Positions 44,999-55,460 of a stretch of 64,000 bases of DNA are shown here, piece after piece; positions within the stretch are counted from its first letter, which is position 1; each line of letters starts with the position of its first letter. The notes under the pieces are model-generated. The model saw only the letters and a program-made list of their open reading frames with translations. It was not told the DNA's origin and made no database searches. Where the stretch lies: assembly GCA_016658885.1 (NCBI GenBank), contig GCA_016658885.1_4807.1; one strand, written 5' to 3'. Position numbers and translations under genes: made by a program. Source of the DNA: a phage.

Positions 44999-45747
44999 TC
45001 TATCATATCCCCAGTTCTGTTTCCAGGTCCGTTACCTATGTGACCGTGAGTGGATACATTTGTGCCGCCGATTGTTGTGCCAGTCGGAAGCGTTGCCGTC
45101 GTTCCTTCTTTCCCTTCTATACCACCATTGAATGTCGCCTTTCCATTCACTATCAATTGTTGTTCGATAGTGGTAATTGGTGTTTTTACGTTTACCCCAG
45201 CTGATGCGGTTATGTTTATCGAGTCATCACTTAATGCGATTCGGACAGCGCCGCTGAGTGACTGGATTACCATTGAGTCTGCATCTTCTCCGCTTATAGT
45301 GTATTTTCGGAATACATCCGGTATGAACAGTCCATCAGCGAAAGTTTTCACGCGGCCATTGGTAGGCGCGGTCGGCTTCAATTCTTCAAGGAATGTCGAC
45401 AACTCGCGGTCGCCAGCGAATATCCAGCCCAAATCACCTTCTTTCAAAGGGAAGTTGATTACGAAGCCGCCGCCGCCGATTGCCAATACAGGAATTGACA
45501 CCAATGGTTGACGCTCCACTGGTTTATCATCAAGACTTACGAAATGAATAACAGGCTTTATGACTGCTAAATTCTGTTTGCGGTCATAAGATATTACTTG
45601 TGCAGGAATCATGCCGTCAGTGGTATACTTTCCACGGTCCAGCATTCCCTGCAGCGCGGCAAACATACTTGATTTGTCAGTTTGGTTGGGGCTTGTAAGT
45701 TGGGTTAACTTTTCTGCCATCATAGACTCCTTATATCTGATCAACAA
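44995..45747 (-). CDS. baseplate protein (possible spike/hub component)
   Basis: ORF track; position in baseplate block. Confidence 0.4.
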   Translation of the reverse strand: MLIRYKESMMAEKLTQLTSPNQTDKSSMFAALQGMLDRGKYTTDGMIPAQVISYDRKQNLAVIKPVIHFVSLDDKPVERQPLVSIPVLAIGGGGFVINFPLKEGDLGWIFAGDRELSTFLEELKPTAPTNGRVKTFADGLFIPDVFRKYTISGEDADSMVIQSLSGAVRIALSDDSINITASAGVNVKTPITTIEQQLIVNGKATFNGGIEGKEGTTATLPTGTTIGGTNVSTHGHIGNGPGNRTGDMIE

Positions 45748-45780
45748 ATTATAATCTATAAGGAGTCTATAAGCAATATT

Positions 45781-46302
45781 TTAGCGATTTGACTTTGATT
45801 CTTTAATGGCAGCTTCGTTTGAGTAGGCTTCATTAAGTGATTTTGCTATTAGTCCATCAAACATAGCGAATGCATCACGCAATGAATAATATTCTTCCAA
45901 CTCCTTTAAAGAGGCAAGGCCGTTATTTATTAGACTTGCAACCATTGGCTCAAGATAATTAGGCTCTACTGTCGGTGCATCCGCCAAGAATCTATTTGGA
46001 ATCTTGGTGCCTTTCCAATCGCTAAGGAATCCAAAGTTGTGCTTTTTAACGGCTTCCATTAATACTTTCAACACAAGATTAGGCGGCAAGTGATTAGGTA
46101 TGCTTTTCACTTCCTCACTAATTACTTTTTCAGAATTAAGCCTTACTTTGGACCCGTCATATTTGATGACATAACATTCACTCAATAATTCAAGTGGAGT
46201 TAATATGCTTATGTCGTCCACCATTTCGAATGCATCTATTGCGCTGAATTGATGAATTTCATAAGTAACGCCAAACAAGTCAATTACTTTATTCTTTCTC
46301 AT
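45781..46302 (-). CDS. hypothetical structural protein (173 aa)
   Basis: ORF track. Confidence 0.4.
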   Translation of the reverse strand: MRKNKVIDLFGVTYEIHQFSAIDAFEMVDDISILTPLELLSECYVIKYDGSKVRLNSEKVISEEVKSIPNHLPPNLVLKVLMEAVKKHNFGFLSDWKGTKIPNRFLADAPTVEPNYLEPMVASLINNGLASLKELEEYYSLRDAFAMFDGLIAKSLNEAYSNEAAIKESKSNR

Positions 46303-46304
46303 AT

Positions 46305-47177
46305 TTATGCCGATGGTGCAACGCCGCCCGTCACCGTAAATATATCATCACGACTTGCTAAATCATATTCAAGTTGCATGATGACAAATGTGGTGTCGTT
46401 CAAGCTTGGGTTTAAGACTGATTTGAATTTAACACCTTGTGCAAGCTTCAAATCTGCGTTATACATACAAGTGAAGTCTGCACCCCACTCGTTCCACATC
46501 GGTATTCCGACAAATTCCTCAATGACCGTAATCTGGTCTGGATTTAGAATTTTGTCTTTATCCTTGACAATTAACGTATCGTCATCAATGTATGCCGCGA
46601 TGGAGTTGCGTTGATAGTTCTGGATCTCAAGCAGCAGCGCAGCAGCAACATATGTCGTTCTTCCTGGATTCACAAGTCGCTGATTGTTAATCGACGTATC
46701 ACAAATAACAGTATCGATGTCCATTTGTTTTGCAGACCATTCCACAAACTCTTTGAAAGTCGGGTTGGATGGCGCAGCTTGAGTGATGAACTTAGTTCTG
46801 TTTATTTGGTTGGTGTAGCAAGTGATTCTGATGACAATATTCGGCGGCGGCGCTGTTATCTCAACTGTCGTCACCTGTCCCTTGTATACCAAGTTGCTGC
46901 TGATGACATTCCCTTCTCTGTATCCAGCTTCAATAGTCACGTTGACGTAGTTCGCCGCCAGCTGGCCTTGATCACGCAGACGTTTGTTGAATGCCGTGAA
47001 GTTGGAAAGCAGGTACTCTCTCAAGTACCCTGTTAATCCTGCGACTTCAATCGTGGCCTTATTCTGAACGGAAAGTGCTGCCTTTTTGATTCGGCATCTA
47101 AGCATCAATCCTTCGTCAAGCACTTGGCTTGTGCCATCCGGCATGGATAAGGTGACTTTAAGGATTCTCTTTTTCAA
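46305..47177 (-). CDS. baseplate hub / tail-associated protein (290 aa)
   Basis: Directly downstream of tape measure gene. Confidence 0.4.
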   Translation of the reverse strand: MKKRILKVTLSMPDGTSQVLDEGLMLRCRIKKAALSVQNKATIEVAGLTGYLREYLLSNFTAFNKRLRDQGQLAANYVNVTIEAGYREGNVISSNLVYKGQVTTVEITAPPPNIVIRITCYTNQINRTKFITQAAPSNPTFKEFVEWSAKQMDIDTVICDTSINNQRLVNPGRTTYVAAALLLEIQNYQRNSIAAYIDDDTLIVKDKDKILNPDQITVIEEFVGIPMWNEWGADFTCMYNADLKLAQGVKFKSVLNPSLNDTTFVIMQLEYDLASRDDIFTVTGGVAPSA

Positions 47178-47181
47178 ATGA

Positions 47182-49362
47182 TCACCACTTCAAAGGTGTA
47201 GCAGTAAGGTTGTTTATGTCGTTGATATCATCTTGTTCAAGCACGCGCTTAGTCTCAATAGCCGTGCTTCGTGGGTCTTGAGCGCCGTTGACGTTGATGA
47301 CAACGTTTTTCTGACCCATAGTAATATCACGCCCACCAGGTCGACTATTCGCGGAGAGGTCGCCGCCGTATTTCTGGAACGCCTCAAGCTGGAATGCGGC
47401 AAGACGAGCATTCTTCATCGCTTCGGCCTGAATGTTCGGCCTTACACCTGGAGTTGAAGCCAGCTGCATATTTTTAATATAATCCCTTTGCGTTCCAAGC
47501 TTAAGGTAAGTTTGAGCAAAGTCAATATCACCTTTGTTGACTTGTCCCTGCATCAACTGCTCAACTGGTACGTTCAGGTATCCTGCAATGGCTTCTTGCA
47601 ACTGCCTGTATTGCACCGTTTGGCGCGATTGACCTTGTACTGGTGCATAACGGCCCTTTGGTGCTTCCGCTCCGCTACCGCTAAGTACTGGAGTAACTGG
47701 TGCACCTTGCGGCGCTGCCGTGGCATACTCACCATTGGATTGTCGGTCGAGAGCGGCCATGACCTTTCCAGGATAAGCGCGTGTATTCTTGCCCCAGCCG
47801 CTGCGGTCGTAGCCACCGTGATACATCGTCAGCGCAAGATTCCAATCGCCGTTGGCAGCGTTTAAATACTCTTTCAACAGTTGAGCGCCGCCCATAATGT
47901 TTTGTCTAGGGTCGTTGCCGTCTGTGATACCAAGACCCTTGAAGTTGGAAGGCATGATTTGCATCAGTCCGGTCGCACCTGCTCCGCTTACGGCATTGGG
48001 GTTGAATCCAGATTCGACTTCTGTTACGGCCTTCATCATCGCAACAGGGATTCCATAACGCTTGGATGCTTCCTCATAGATTGAGTCGTAAGCGGTCGGA
48101 TTGCCTGATCCCAAGTTGTTGCCTACGGTCGCGCCAGTACTTAGTGCTGGTGTTCCAGGCATGGCAGATTGACCTGCGCTTCGTCCTATTTCACCAGCCC
48201 ATGCAGCCCATGCTTGTCGCTCATCAATGACGCCAGCAAATGTTGAAACGGCGCTTGAAAACAGGTTTATATCGCGAGTGAAAAGTGCTTGCGCAGAACG
48301 TTGTTCAGCTGCGTTTTGCTCCTGGTTCCTCTGGCGTTTCACATCGCCTTCGGCCATCTGCGTGATCCATCTATCAACGGCACGCTCGTGACGCTCGTTA
48401 ACAGCTGCCTGTTTATCAAACGGGTGTTTCAAGTCAGCAATGAAATTGTCGACAAATTCGCTCCATCCGTCAGACATTCTTTGGAACATCATCTGGAATC
48501 CTTCGACTGTATCGGCGGTTTTGCTGACAAGCGTCGAGAATGCAGGCATAACGTTTTCACCGATGACCAATTCAATACGTCGCCAATCTTCTTGAATTTG
48601 CCCCATACTATTTCGTATAGTCTCAAGAGCAGCTTGTTGACGCTGCAGCTTTGCCGTTTCCTCATCGCTTATGCGTGTGCTTTCTTTCACAGACTGGTTG
48701 CGCTCGCGAAGGGCGCGGACTTCATCGGCGGTAAAACCTGCCAGAGCACCAATGGCACGAGCTGTTTGCTCATTAACACTTCTCAGCTTTGTTCCAATTT
48801 CATCAAGCAGCTGATTCGTGTCTTTGATGCCGCCGTTACTGTTGAAAGGACTTGTCCCCATCTTGTTCAACAACAAGTTGTCCTTGTTCATCACATCGGG
48901 GTTGGTGTATGCATTGAATGCCAGATTAGAAGCTTTGCTGATTAAGTCTCGCGACCCCTGTGCGCCAAGGATGCCACCTGAACTTTCATTCAACTGTCGT
49001 TGTAGTTGTTCGACACCCATTGGAGAGAGTCCGGCTTCAAAACCAAGCTTTCTTTGCGCTTCGTATTCTTTTCGAACATCAACGATGGATTTGACGACGA
49101 CTGCCAATCCTGCGACAACAGGGACGAGCGCGGCAAAACGATATGTCAGCCGCGCAAGTATTCCGTCAATTGACCCTAGCTCACCAGTAAGCGGCTTTAG
49201 CTCGCCAAAAACATCTTTGAATGCTCCAGAGAAATCTTTGCCAGCGGATGTTGCCTTTTTGTTTGTCTGATCAACCTTATCTTGCAATTGCTCAAGACGA
49301 TTGATGGACTCTTTCAAGTCCACCGTATATTGAAGCACAAATTTTTCTAATGAGTCAGACAC
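47182..49362 (-). CDS. tail tape measure protein with lytic transglycosylase (SLT) domain
   Basis: EVESGFNPNAVSGAGATGLMQIMP SLT core; N-terminal hydrophobic segment; 726 aa. Confidence 0.7.
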   Translation of the reverse strand: MSDSLEKFVLQYTVDLKESINRLEQLQDKVDQTNKKATSAGKDFSGAFKDVFGELKPLTGELGSIDGILARLTYRFAALVPVVAGLAVVVKSIVDVRKEYEAQRKLGFEAGLSPMGVEQLQRQLNESSGGILGAQGSRDLISKASNLAFNAYTNPDVMNKDNLLLNKMGTSPFNSNGGIKDTNQLLDEIGTKLRSVNEQTARAIGALAGFTADEVRALRERNQSVKESTRISDEETAKLQRQQAALETIRNSMGQIQEDWRRIELVIGENVMPAFSTLVSKTADTVEGFQMMFQRMSDGWSEFVDNFIADLKHPFDKQAAVNERHERAVDRWITQMAEGDVKRQRNQEQNAAEQRSAQALFTRDINLFSSAVSTFAGVIDERQAWAAWAGEIGRSAGQSAMPGTPALSTGATVGNNLGSGNPTAYDSIYEEASKRYGIPVAMMKAVTEVESGFNPNAVSGAGATGLMQIMPSNFKGLGITDGNDPRQNIMGGAQLLKEYLNAANGDWNLALTMYHGGYDRSGWGKNTRAYPGKVMAALDRQSNGEYATAAPQGAPVTPVLSGSGAEAPKGRYAPVQGQSRQTVQYRQLQEAIAGYLNVPVEQLMQGQVNKGDIDFAQTYLKLGTQRDYIKNMQLASTPGVRPNIQAEAMKNARLAAFQLEAFQKYGGDLSANSRPGGRDITMGQKNVVINVNGAQDPRSTAIETKRVLEQDDINDINNLTATPLKW

Positions 49363-49365
49363 AGT

Positions 49366-49782
49366 TTACCCCTTGTTTGGAGTCTCGCCGCTGAGGAATG
49401 GCGCGATTAATCGCATCGATTCGCCGATGAATGCTGCAGCCATTTCGCCGCCAGCTTGTTCCCAGTAGCCTTCACGCTCGGCGTGAGTATCTGGGTTTAT
49501 ACCGTTCTCCATGAGGACTGCTTCGAAGACTTCTTTAAGGTTTTCCCAGTCACCAAGATGGTTGTCAATTAGTGCACCAGTACTTAATGGGATTTCTTGG
49601 CCCACATCAAGCTCGACTTTTGCGAAGCTCAACACTTCCATCGTATACTCTGAACGAAAAGCAGGGTCTTTCGACATTGCAAATTCGACAAAGCGACGCT
49701 GAATATTCCAGCCTTCCATCGCAGTCATTTTGCTGATTTTAATTTCTACTGTACGACCAGTTTGTTTGTTGGTGATCTTCAT
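49366..49782 (-). CDS. hypothetical protein, possible tail assembly chaperone
   Basis: Position between tube and tape measure genes. Confidence 0.35.
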   Translation of the reverse strand: MKITNKQTGRTVEIKISKMTAMEGWNIQRRFVEFAMSKDPAFRSEYTMEVLSFAKVELDVGQEIPLSTGALIDNHLGDWENLKEVFEAVLMENGINPDTHAEREGYWEQAGGEMAAAFIGESMRLIAPFLSGETPNKG

Positions 49783-49783
49783 T

Positions 49784-50344
49784 TTATATTCCTACTGTTG
49801 ATTTTATTTTATTATATAACGAACTCACAGTTGTAGTCAAACTGACTGGTTCTTTAATAGCAACACCATTTGATGATTCGTCTGCAGATTGTTTAGGGTC
49901 GAAGCTTCCTTGAATGCTAAATGACGTTTGCTCGAAGGTTATTACTATTGAAACTCCATTCAAGTTTTCTTCTGACTGGGTTATTTCAACGTCGGACATC
50001 GACATTTTACTGGCAATGATGCTTCGTGAAGTTATTGAAAATGTGACTTCGTCATCATCAAATGAATTTATGATATTTTCAATTGTAGACTGGTCATTGC
50101 AAATTACGTTTAACGCCATATGGGCTGGCATTACAACCTTTGCCGCCTGTAGATTGCTTACTGAGGATGTGCTTGATACTTCCACCACCTGCATTGCCGT
50201 TCCAGCAAGTGGAAATTGAGTGGTTTCTGCTGGTGATGTTATTTCTGCAGATACTGGAGAAAGCTTTGTCCATACAGGAATCCCTGTTGACTCATTCGTT
50301 ATGGTCAAAGATTGACCAGAGAGCAGAATCGAAACAAAGTCCAT
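49784..50344 (-). CDS. hypothetical tail protein (186 aa)
   Basis: ORF track. Confidence 0.4.
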   Translation of the reverse strand: MDFVSILLSGQSLTITNESTGIPVWTKLSPVSAEITSPAETTQFPLAGTAMQVVEVSSTSSVSNLQAAKVVMPAHMALNVICNDQSTIENIINSFDDDEVTFSITSRSIIASKMSMSDVEITQSEENLNGVSIVITFEQTSFSIQGSFDPKQSADESSNGVAIKEPVSLTTTVSSLYNKIKSTVGI

Positions 50345-50877
50345 CAGAACATCCCCTTGATGCCATTCATCACCTTTGTTGCAACGCCAGTGACGCTGGC
50401 AGTGGTTTCTTTTATATAAGCTATGCCGCGCTCGATGACAGTTGAGTCGGCTGCTTGCGCTGTTTGAATAGACACATCCTGCTGTGTTAATATTTCGTGG
50501 AATACCAGTTGTATGGGTTGTGAAGTTATATTGTCAGCATCTTGGCTGAAATTGTTATTTTGCAGCACCATACGTTCAAATATTAGCCCACGAGAATTTA
50601 TTGTGTATATCGTGGACCTGTTTTGCAACATCTTTGCGATTGCGTCGGACGCGCTTTTTGTCTGTGCTATTACAGTCACAGTCAATATTCTAGGCATTTT
50701 GACTCTGCCATCGACGATATAGCTTCCGTCTTCCCTTTGGTTTTTGAATATCTTTGCTTGGAGTCTTATTTTAACGTTAACAATCGCCCAACCAAGCGTT
50801 GACACTTCCCCAAGGTTGAAGCTTCTTATTGTGAAGCTTCTGTTGGAAAGACTATATGACAATAAATCGATAGCCAT
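50344..50877 (-). CDS. hypothetical tail protein (177 aa)
   Basis: ORF track. Confidence 0.4.
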   Translation of the reverse strand: MAIDLLSYSLSNRSFTIRSFNLGEVSTLGWAIVNVKIRLQAKIFKNQREDGSYIVDGRVKMPRILTVTVIAQTKSASDAIAKMLQNRSTIYTINSRGLIFERMVLQNNNFSQDADNITSQPIQLVFHEILTQQDVSIQTAQAADSTVIERGIAYIKETTASVTGVATKVMNGIKGMF

Positions 50878-51374
50878 TAAATTGACCCCAATATGCTCTG
50901 CACCACGCCTTTTGCAATTTGCGATGTGCTCTGTGCGCCGCCGTAGCTGGCAAACACGAATGTGTATCTGTTTGTCTTACGACGACCGGACTGCTCAATG
51001 GAGTCGCCAAGCGGACCGCTGATGATGGTCCCGTTCGAAAACGCCACTCTGCCGCCATCAGGATATGTAATAAGCATTGATGTGACATCCTGGATAGGAA
51101 GCCACTTGAATCCGCCTTTACGAGCGGAAAGCAAAAGCTTTAGGTTTATGTCGTCTTCAGTGTTTGGGATCACTGCAATGGATACGCGAACGACGGCGGC
51201 CTTGTCATAAATACAAATGCCGCCGTCATAAGTAAGTTGATAGCCTACTGATTCAACTTCCTCAATAATTAGCGAATCCTGGTCATCAGACAAAGAACTG
51301 ATATTCAGCCCAACAGGGAAAGATTGGAGAGCGACAATTCTAATGCTTGTGCCAAATCCACTAATATTGACCAT
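50877..51374 (-). CDS. tail tube-like protein, paralogue B
   Basis: MVNISGFGTSIRIVA... paralogous to 52325..52792 along its length. Confidence 0.55.
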   Translation of the reverse strand: MVNISGFGTSIRIVALQSFPVGLNISSLSDDQDSLIIEEVESVGYQLTYDGGICIYDKAAVVRVSIAVIPNTEDDINLKLLLSARKGGFKWLPIQDVTSMLITYPDGGRVAFSNGTIISGPLGDSIEQSGRRKTNRYTFVFASYGGAQSTSQIAKGVVQSILGSI

Positions 51375-51376
51375 GT

Positions 51377-51643
51377 TTACTCCGCAGATGCAGATTTAAC
51401 TGCCGCAAGAATTTCATCCTTATAAGAAAGACCTTTGATGTCAATCTCATGTTCCTTTGCATAAGCCTTCAATTCAGAGACGCTCATTGAATCAAAATCA
51501 ACTTTCGACTCTACTGGCTTCTCTTCTACCTGTTCTTTCTTTTCCGCAACAGGCTTTGAAGTCTTGTTAAATAATTCCGATGCGTCTTCAAATTTTTCGC
51601 CAAATTTCATGACGCCATTAGCAAAATGAATTACTTGTGCCAT
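51377..51643 (-). CDS. hypothetical protein (88 aa) with SAP/HeH-like C-terminal motif
   Basis: MSVSELKAYAKEHEIDIKGLSYKDEILAAV. Confidence 0.4.
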   Translation of the reverse strand: MAQVIHFANGVMKFGEKFEDASELFNKTSKPVAEKKEQVEEKPVESKVDFDSMSVSELKAYAKEHEIDIKGLSYKDEILAAVKSASAE

Positions 51644-51999
51644 TATTGATTACTCACCTTTATACGTTCGCCATAAATAGTCACCACTTCAGCGGTAAAT
51701 CCAAGAATACCGTTTTGGATGGTGACAGTCAATGAGTCGATTCCGGCAACGTCTGCTTTCTTCAGAATAGCATCTGCAATCGACTTTCTCGCACCGTCTT
51801 CATCAACGGGCGATTTGAAAACAGTGCCTAAATAATCGACTCCGTTTTCAACATCGTACAAGTCTTCACCAAGTCGCATTTGATGCGCCGCCTTGATAAC
51901 TTGTACCATGGCCTTTTCTCCTGACAGAATATTCAAATTTCTTCCATCAGGCAGAAACAGGTCATTGTTATCATTAACTTCAATCGTTAGAGTTGTCAA
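51643..51999 (-). CDS. hypothetical protein (118 aa)
   Basis: ORF track. Confidence 0.4.
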   Translation of the reverse strand: MTTLTIEVNDNNDLFLPDGRNLNILSGEKAMVQVIKAAHQMRLGEDLYDVENGVDYLGTVFKSPVDEDGARKSIADAILKKADVAGIDSLTVTIQNGILGFTAEVVTIYGERIKVSNQ

Positions 52000-52325
52000 A
52001 TTGCAAACTCCGCTTCAGCAGTTTTCTGGAATTCAGCCAACTCAGATTCTGACATGTAATATAAATTACAGCCGCCAGAGTTAAAATGCTCATAATCGGG
52101 TACGCTGTCAAAAATAAAGTTGCCGTACCCAATCATGAGATATTTATAAGGCACCATTGGTATACCACCAAAACAACGTACCCCCTGAATCAACAATTCG
52201 CCATTGCGGTAAACATCTGCGCACATGTGCTCAATTGCGGCGAATATGTGCAGCTGCCAATAAGCACCGTCAACGTTAAAGCTGATATTCTGGTTAGGTA
52301 CGCTGTCAAGTGGTATTTGATACAT
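51996..52325 (-). CDS. hypothetical protein (109 aa)
   Basis: ORF track. Confidence 0.4.
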   Translation of the reverse strand: MYQIPLDSVPNQNISFNVDGAYWQLHIFAAIEHMCADVYRNGELLIQGVRCFGGIPMVPYKYLMIGYGNFIFDSVPDYEHFNSGGCNLYYMSESELAEFQKTAEAEFAI

Positions 52326-52792
52326 TATAAAATCTCTTGGTTGCTCACGCCAGTTTTGACTACGTTCTCAAACTTAAAGCGATATTGACGTGTTTTTACA
52401 CGACCCTGAGACTGGATGCCAGGAATCACTGAACCAGTCGTCAAAGTTCCCTTGTTCAGTGTGATGACCATGCCAGAAGGGTAGGTCAGAATAAGGGTGA
52501 TCACGTCTTTCGCAGAGTTCTTGCGCTTGCCTACACGGTTAGCCGCTGCCAGAACATCTAAGTTTACATCGCTTTCAGAAGTAGGGATGATGTTGACGCC
52601 TACTTCAAGAGGGTTGGCACGGTTCCAGACTACCAAGTCACCGTTCAATCCCATTGCCGCTTCAGAGATTTGAAGATCAGGCGCGTCAATCGGATCAGCA
52701 TCATCTGCGAAATCAGAAAGAGTTACACCATTTGGAAAAGTGTTTGATGCCACTAAACGAATCGAAGCGCCAAAACCGGAAACGTTAATCAT
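52325..52792 (-). CDS. tail tube protein, paralogue A
   Basis: MINVSGFGASIRLVA...; immediately downstream of sheath gene. Confidence 0.6.
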   Translation of the reverse strand: MINVSGFGASIRLVASNTFPNGVTLSDFADDADPIDAPDLQISEAAMGLNGDLVVWNRANPLEVGVNIIPTSESDVNLDVLAAANRVGKRKNSAKDVITLILTYPSGMVITLNKGTLTTGSVIPGIQSQGRVKTRQYRFKFENVVKTGVSNQEIL

Positions 52793-52839
52793 TACAGATT
52801 CCTCTCAGAGAGATGGCCGCCAGTTACGGCGGCAATTAT

Positions 52840-54378
52840 TTAGATAAGGACGTCACGACCTTCAACGCGACGCACAGCATCATCTTTAGAGTAGATTAGC
52901 GTGTATGTTGCATAGTATTCGGTGCGCCCATCGGAAGTGGTTTCAGTATCAAAATCTACAGTCAGCCAGTAACCGATAGTTTCAACCTGCCGCCAAGCAG
53001 TGTTGTCACCGGAAGTTTGCGTGATGTATTGTTTCTGAATCTCAGTCAGCGCCTTGCCAACAGAGATGGTGCCGTTAACCTTCGCATTGTCAACAGCAAC
53101 TTGAATCATGGCTTGTACAGTAGCTTTACCTTCTTCGTTTGCAGGCACGCGACCAAGATTCAAGAACATGCTGAACAGCTGAGAAGTGATAGCAGATTTA
53201 AGCCACATCTCGTTGGCATAAGTATTCATGTCAACTGCTGCGGTAGACCCGCCCATCAGAACGCCACGCTGGAAGAATGCGAGCGTTTGACCAGCTTGCT
53301 GAGTAGCGCCGATATAGTTTGCACGGTTTTGATCAGCAGTATCTGCGCGTGAATCAGTCGATACAGTCACATTTCGCGTTTCAAACTGATAATACATGTA
53401 GTTTTGAGTTGCGTTTACAGTATTATAGTTTGTCGCCGCGAGAATTTCAGCAGGTGCCTGGTCGATGTAATCATTCGCGAGGTTGGTTGCACGGATCATC
53501 ATGCCAACGCCTGAGTAACCTTTCAGCGCGGTATAGTATGAGCCGATGTTGGCGAATGCAGTCGAGAACAGATACATGTACATATTGTTCTGCGAGTGAG
53601 TCCAAGCTGCAACAGCTGTGATTTCTTCCAGCGTTCGGTCTGCTCCAGCGAAAAGGAATGAGCCAAAGTTGTTGGAAATCTCTACAGATGCCGCGATGGC
53701 TTCTACCGGACTTGCTACACCCTGACCAGCGACCGTAACGGTGCCAGTAGTCGTCCAACCAAGCGCCTGAGATGGGTCTGTCGGTTGACCTGTTACGTTA
53801 ATCGAAAGGTTTCCAGCACCAGCGGTGGACGGTGCGGCTTCTAAAGTGAACTGCTGGGTGTTGGCGTTCCAATACACTTCTGCATCAGCAAGTGCAGGCA
53901 CAGACGTGCCACCTTCTGCTGCAAACTTGGTATTAATTGCCGTTTCCAAAAGTTCCGCTACGTTGGCAAGGCTTGTTGCCGCTGAAAGGTTGATGGCGTC
54001 AGTCAGGTAGTCTGTGCCGTCATAAGTGATGCTTAGGATAGCGCCAGTGAATGCCTGAAAAGTAGCAAGCGTTTTAGGCTCAGTATCGCCGATAACCATT
54101 GCAGGAATCGCCGTGGATACAACGCGAGAAAAGCTGATTGAATCAGGCGAGTTGATTTGCTTGCTGATGAATCCAAAATACAGTGCTGCGCGCTTGTATT
54201 CTTCGGAAGAAAAACCGAAATATGATCCAACGGCATCAGCAGTTGAAAATTCTGCTACAATGCCTGGCGGCAGAACTGTATTGGAAGTCATGATGCGAAG
54301 CGACAGTTTGCGAACTGCAACAGCCGCGCCTGCTCCGACCCCTGATACAATTTTAATATAACGAGATTGACTGATCAC
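52840..54378 (-). CDS. tail sheath protein (putative)
   Basis: 512 aa, directly upstream of tube gene; no explicit motif. Confidence 0.55.
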   Translation of the reverse strand: MISQSRYIKIVSGVGAGAAVAVRKLSLRIMTSNTVLPPGIVAEFSTADAVGSYFGFSSEEYKRAALYFGFISKQINSPDSISFSRVVSTAIPAMVIGDTEPKTLATFQAFTGAILSITYDGTDYLTDAINLSAATSLANVAELLETAINTKFAAEGGTSVPALADAEVYWNANTQQFTLEAAPSTAGAGNLSINVTGQPTDPSQALGWTTTGTVTVAGQGVASPVEAIAASVEISNNFGSFLFAGADRTLEEITAVAAWTHSQNNMYMYLFSTAFANIGSYYTALKGYSGVGMMIRATNLANDYIDQAPAEILAATNYNTVNATQNYMYYQFETRNVTVSTDSRADTADQNRANYIGATQQAGQTLAFFQRGVLMGGSTAAVDMNTYANEMWLKSAITSQLFSMFLNLGRVPANEEGKATVQAMIQVAVDNAKVNGTISVGKALTEIQKQYITQTSGDNTAWRQVETIGYWLTVDFDTETTSDGRTEYYATYTLIYSKDDAVRRVEGRDVLI

Positions 54379-54390
54379 GTCGGTGTCCTC

Positions 54391-54876
54391 TTATTTAATG
54401 ACTTGGCTGCTGACAGATTGCCACATAAGGCTGGTGTGAATCAAAGGCTTGTCGAATCCCTTCACACGTACAGTATATCTGGCGTTTGGCTGCCACGGTC
54501 CGTTTTTAATTGATTCGACAATCTTTGCTTCCATCGCAAGCCCAATTTGACCCAATGCCTGTCTAGCGTCTATTTTACCGGAAAAAATTTTTTTAGCAAT
54601 TTTATTCTCTATTTCACTGCGCTCACTAACGAATAATTCATAGGCGTATCTCATGAATGGTCTGGGTGGCACTTCTACCCTGACTGGTCCTTGTCCAAAG
54701 TTCAAAACGGCTATGTGACCAAATTCATTAAGCCGCGCAACTTCTGACACCAGAATACCTTCTCCACCAGTTTCTGAAGGGTATCTGGTAGAGTCAAACC
54801 ATCCTGCCTCAACAGTAAGACCCTTCATTGATTGAAGCGCCTTTATCTGTTTTTCTATCATTTTTGATTTTGTCAT
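54391..54876 (-). CDS. hypothetical virion morphogenesis protein (about 161 aa)
   Basis: ORF track trimmed to internal ATG. Confidence 0.4.
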   Translation of the reverse strand: MTKSKMIEKQIKALQSMKGLTVEAGWFDSTRYPSETGGEGILVSEVARLNEFGHIAVLNFGQGPVRVEVPPRPFMRYAYELFVSERSEIENKIAKKIFSGKIDARQALGQIGLAMEAKIVESIKNGPWQPNARYTVRVKGFDKPLIHTSLMWQSVSSQVIK

Positions 54877-54877
54877 A

Positions 54878-55459
54878 TCACACCGGAATATCGCCCAAAT
54901 CGTTATTAACAGCTCTTGCAACAGCAGGCGTGTCAATTGAAATTGCGTTTCTGTGAAGGATTACCAAATCAAAAGAAGGGAATGATTCAAACTGCGACAT
55001 GTCGTCATAGAACTTTTCATTGTTGTTCATGTCGACTCTATATACTGAAGCCTGATGCTTTTTAAACCAATCCCTTAAATTAGCCTTGTGGGTTATGAAT
55101 CTTGCCAAATAAGTCAAAACGTCATTAGCCGTAGGCTTTTCTGGATTGCCAGGGACTTCTGGGAATAAGCCACTAATTTGAAAACGTGTTGCGTATATCT
55201 GATCTTCAATATCTTTAAATTTGCCATTAACGAATTGAGATTCATCATTGACAAATTCATTCTTTCTCATCGACCAACCGAATGGAACTGAGAATAAAAG
55301 GTTAAACCAAATTTGGTCACCAGTCGGAATACCCTGTTGAGTCGGTTGATACTTTTTCTGGACCGGAACAGCAGAAAGGTCTGCACGACTATACGCCGCC
55401 AGACCTTCTTCAATTCGCGTTGCCAGCATGTCAATCAGGTCGACATCTGTCATATACAC
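54878..55459 (-). CDS. hypothetical head-tail joining protein (193 aa)
   Basis: ORF track. Confidence 0.4.
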   Translation of the reverse strand: MYMTDVDLIDMLATRIEEGLAAYSRADLSAVPVQKKYQPTQQGIPTGDQIWFNLLFSVPFGWSMRKNEFVNDESQFVNGKFKDIEDQIYATRFQISGLFPEVPGNPEKPTANDVLTYLARFITHKANLRDWFKKHQASVYRVDMNNNEKFYDDMSQFESFPSFDLVILHRNAISIDTPAVARAVNNDLGDIPV

Positions 55460-55460
55460 C

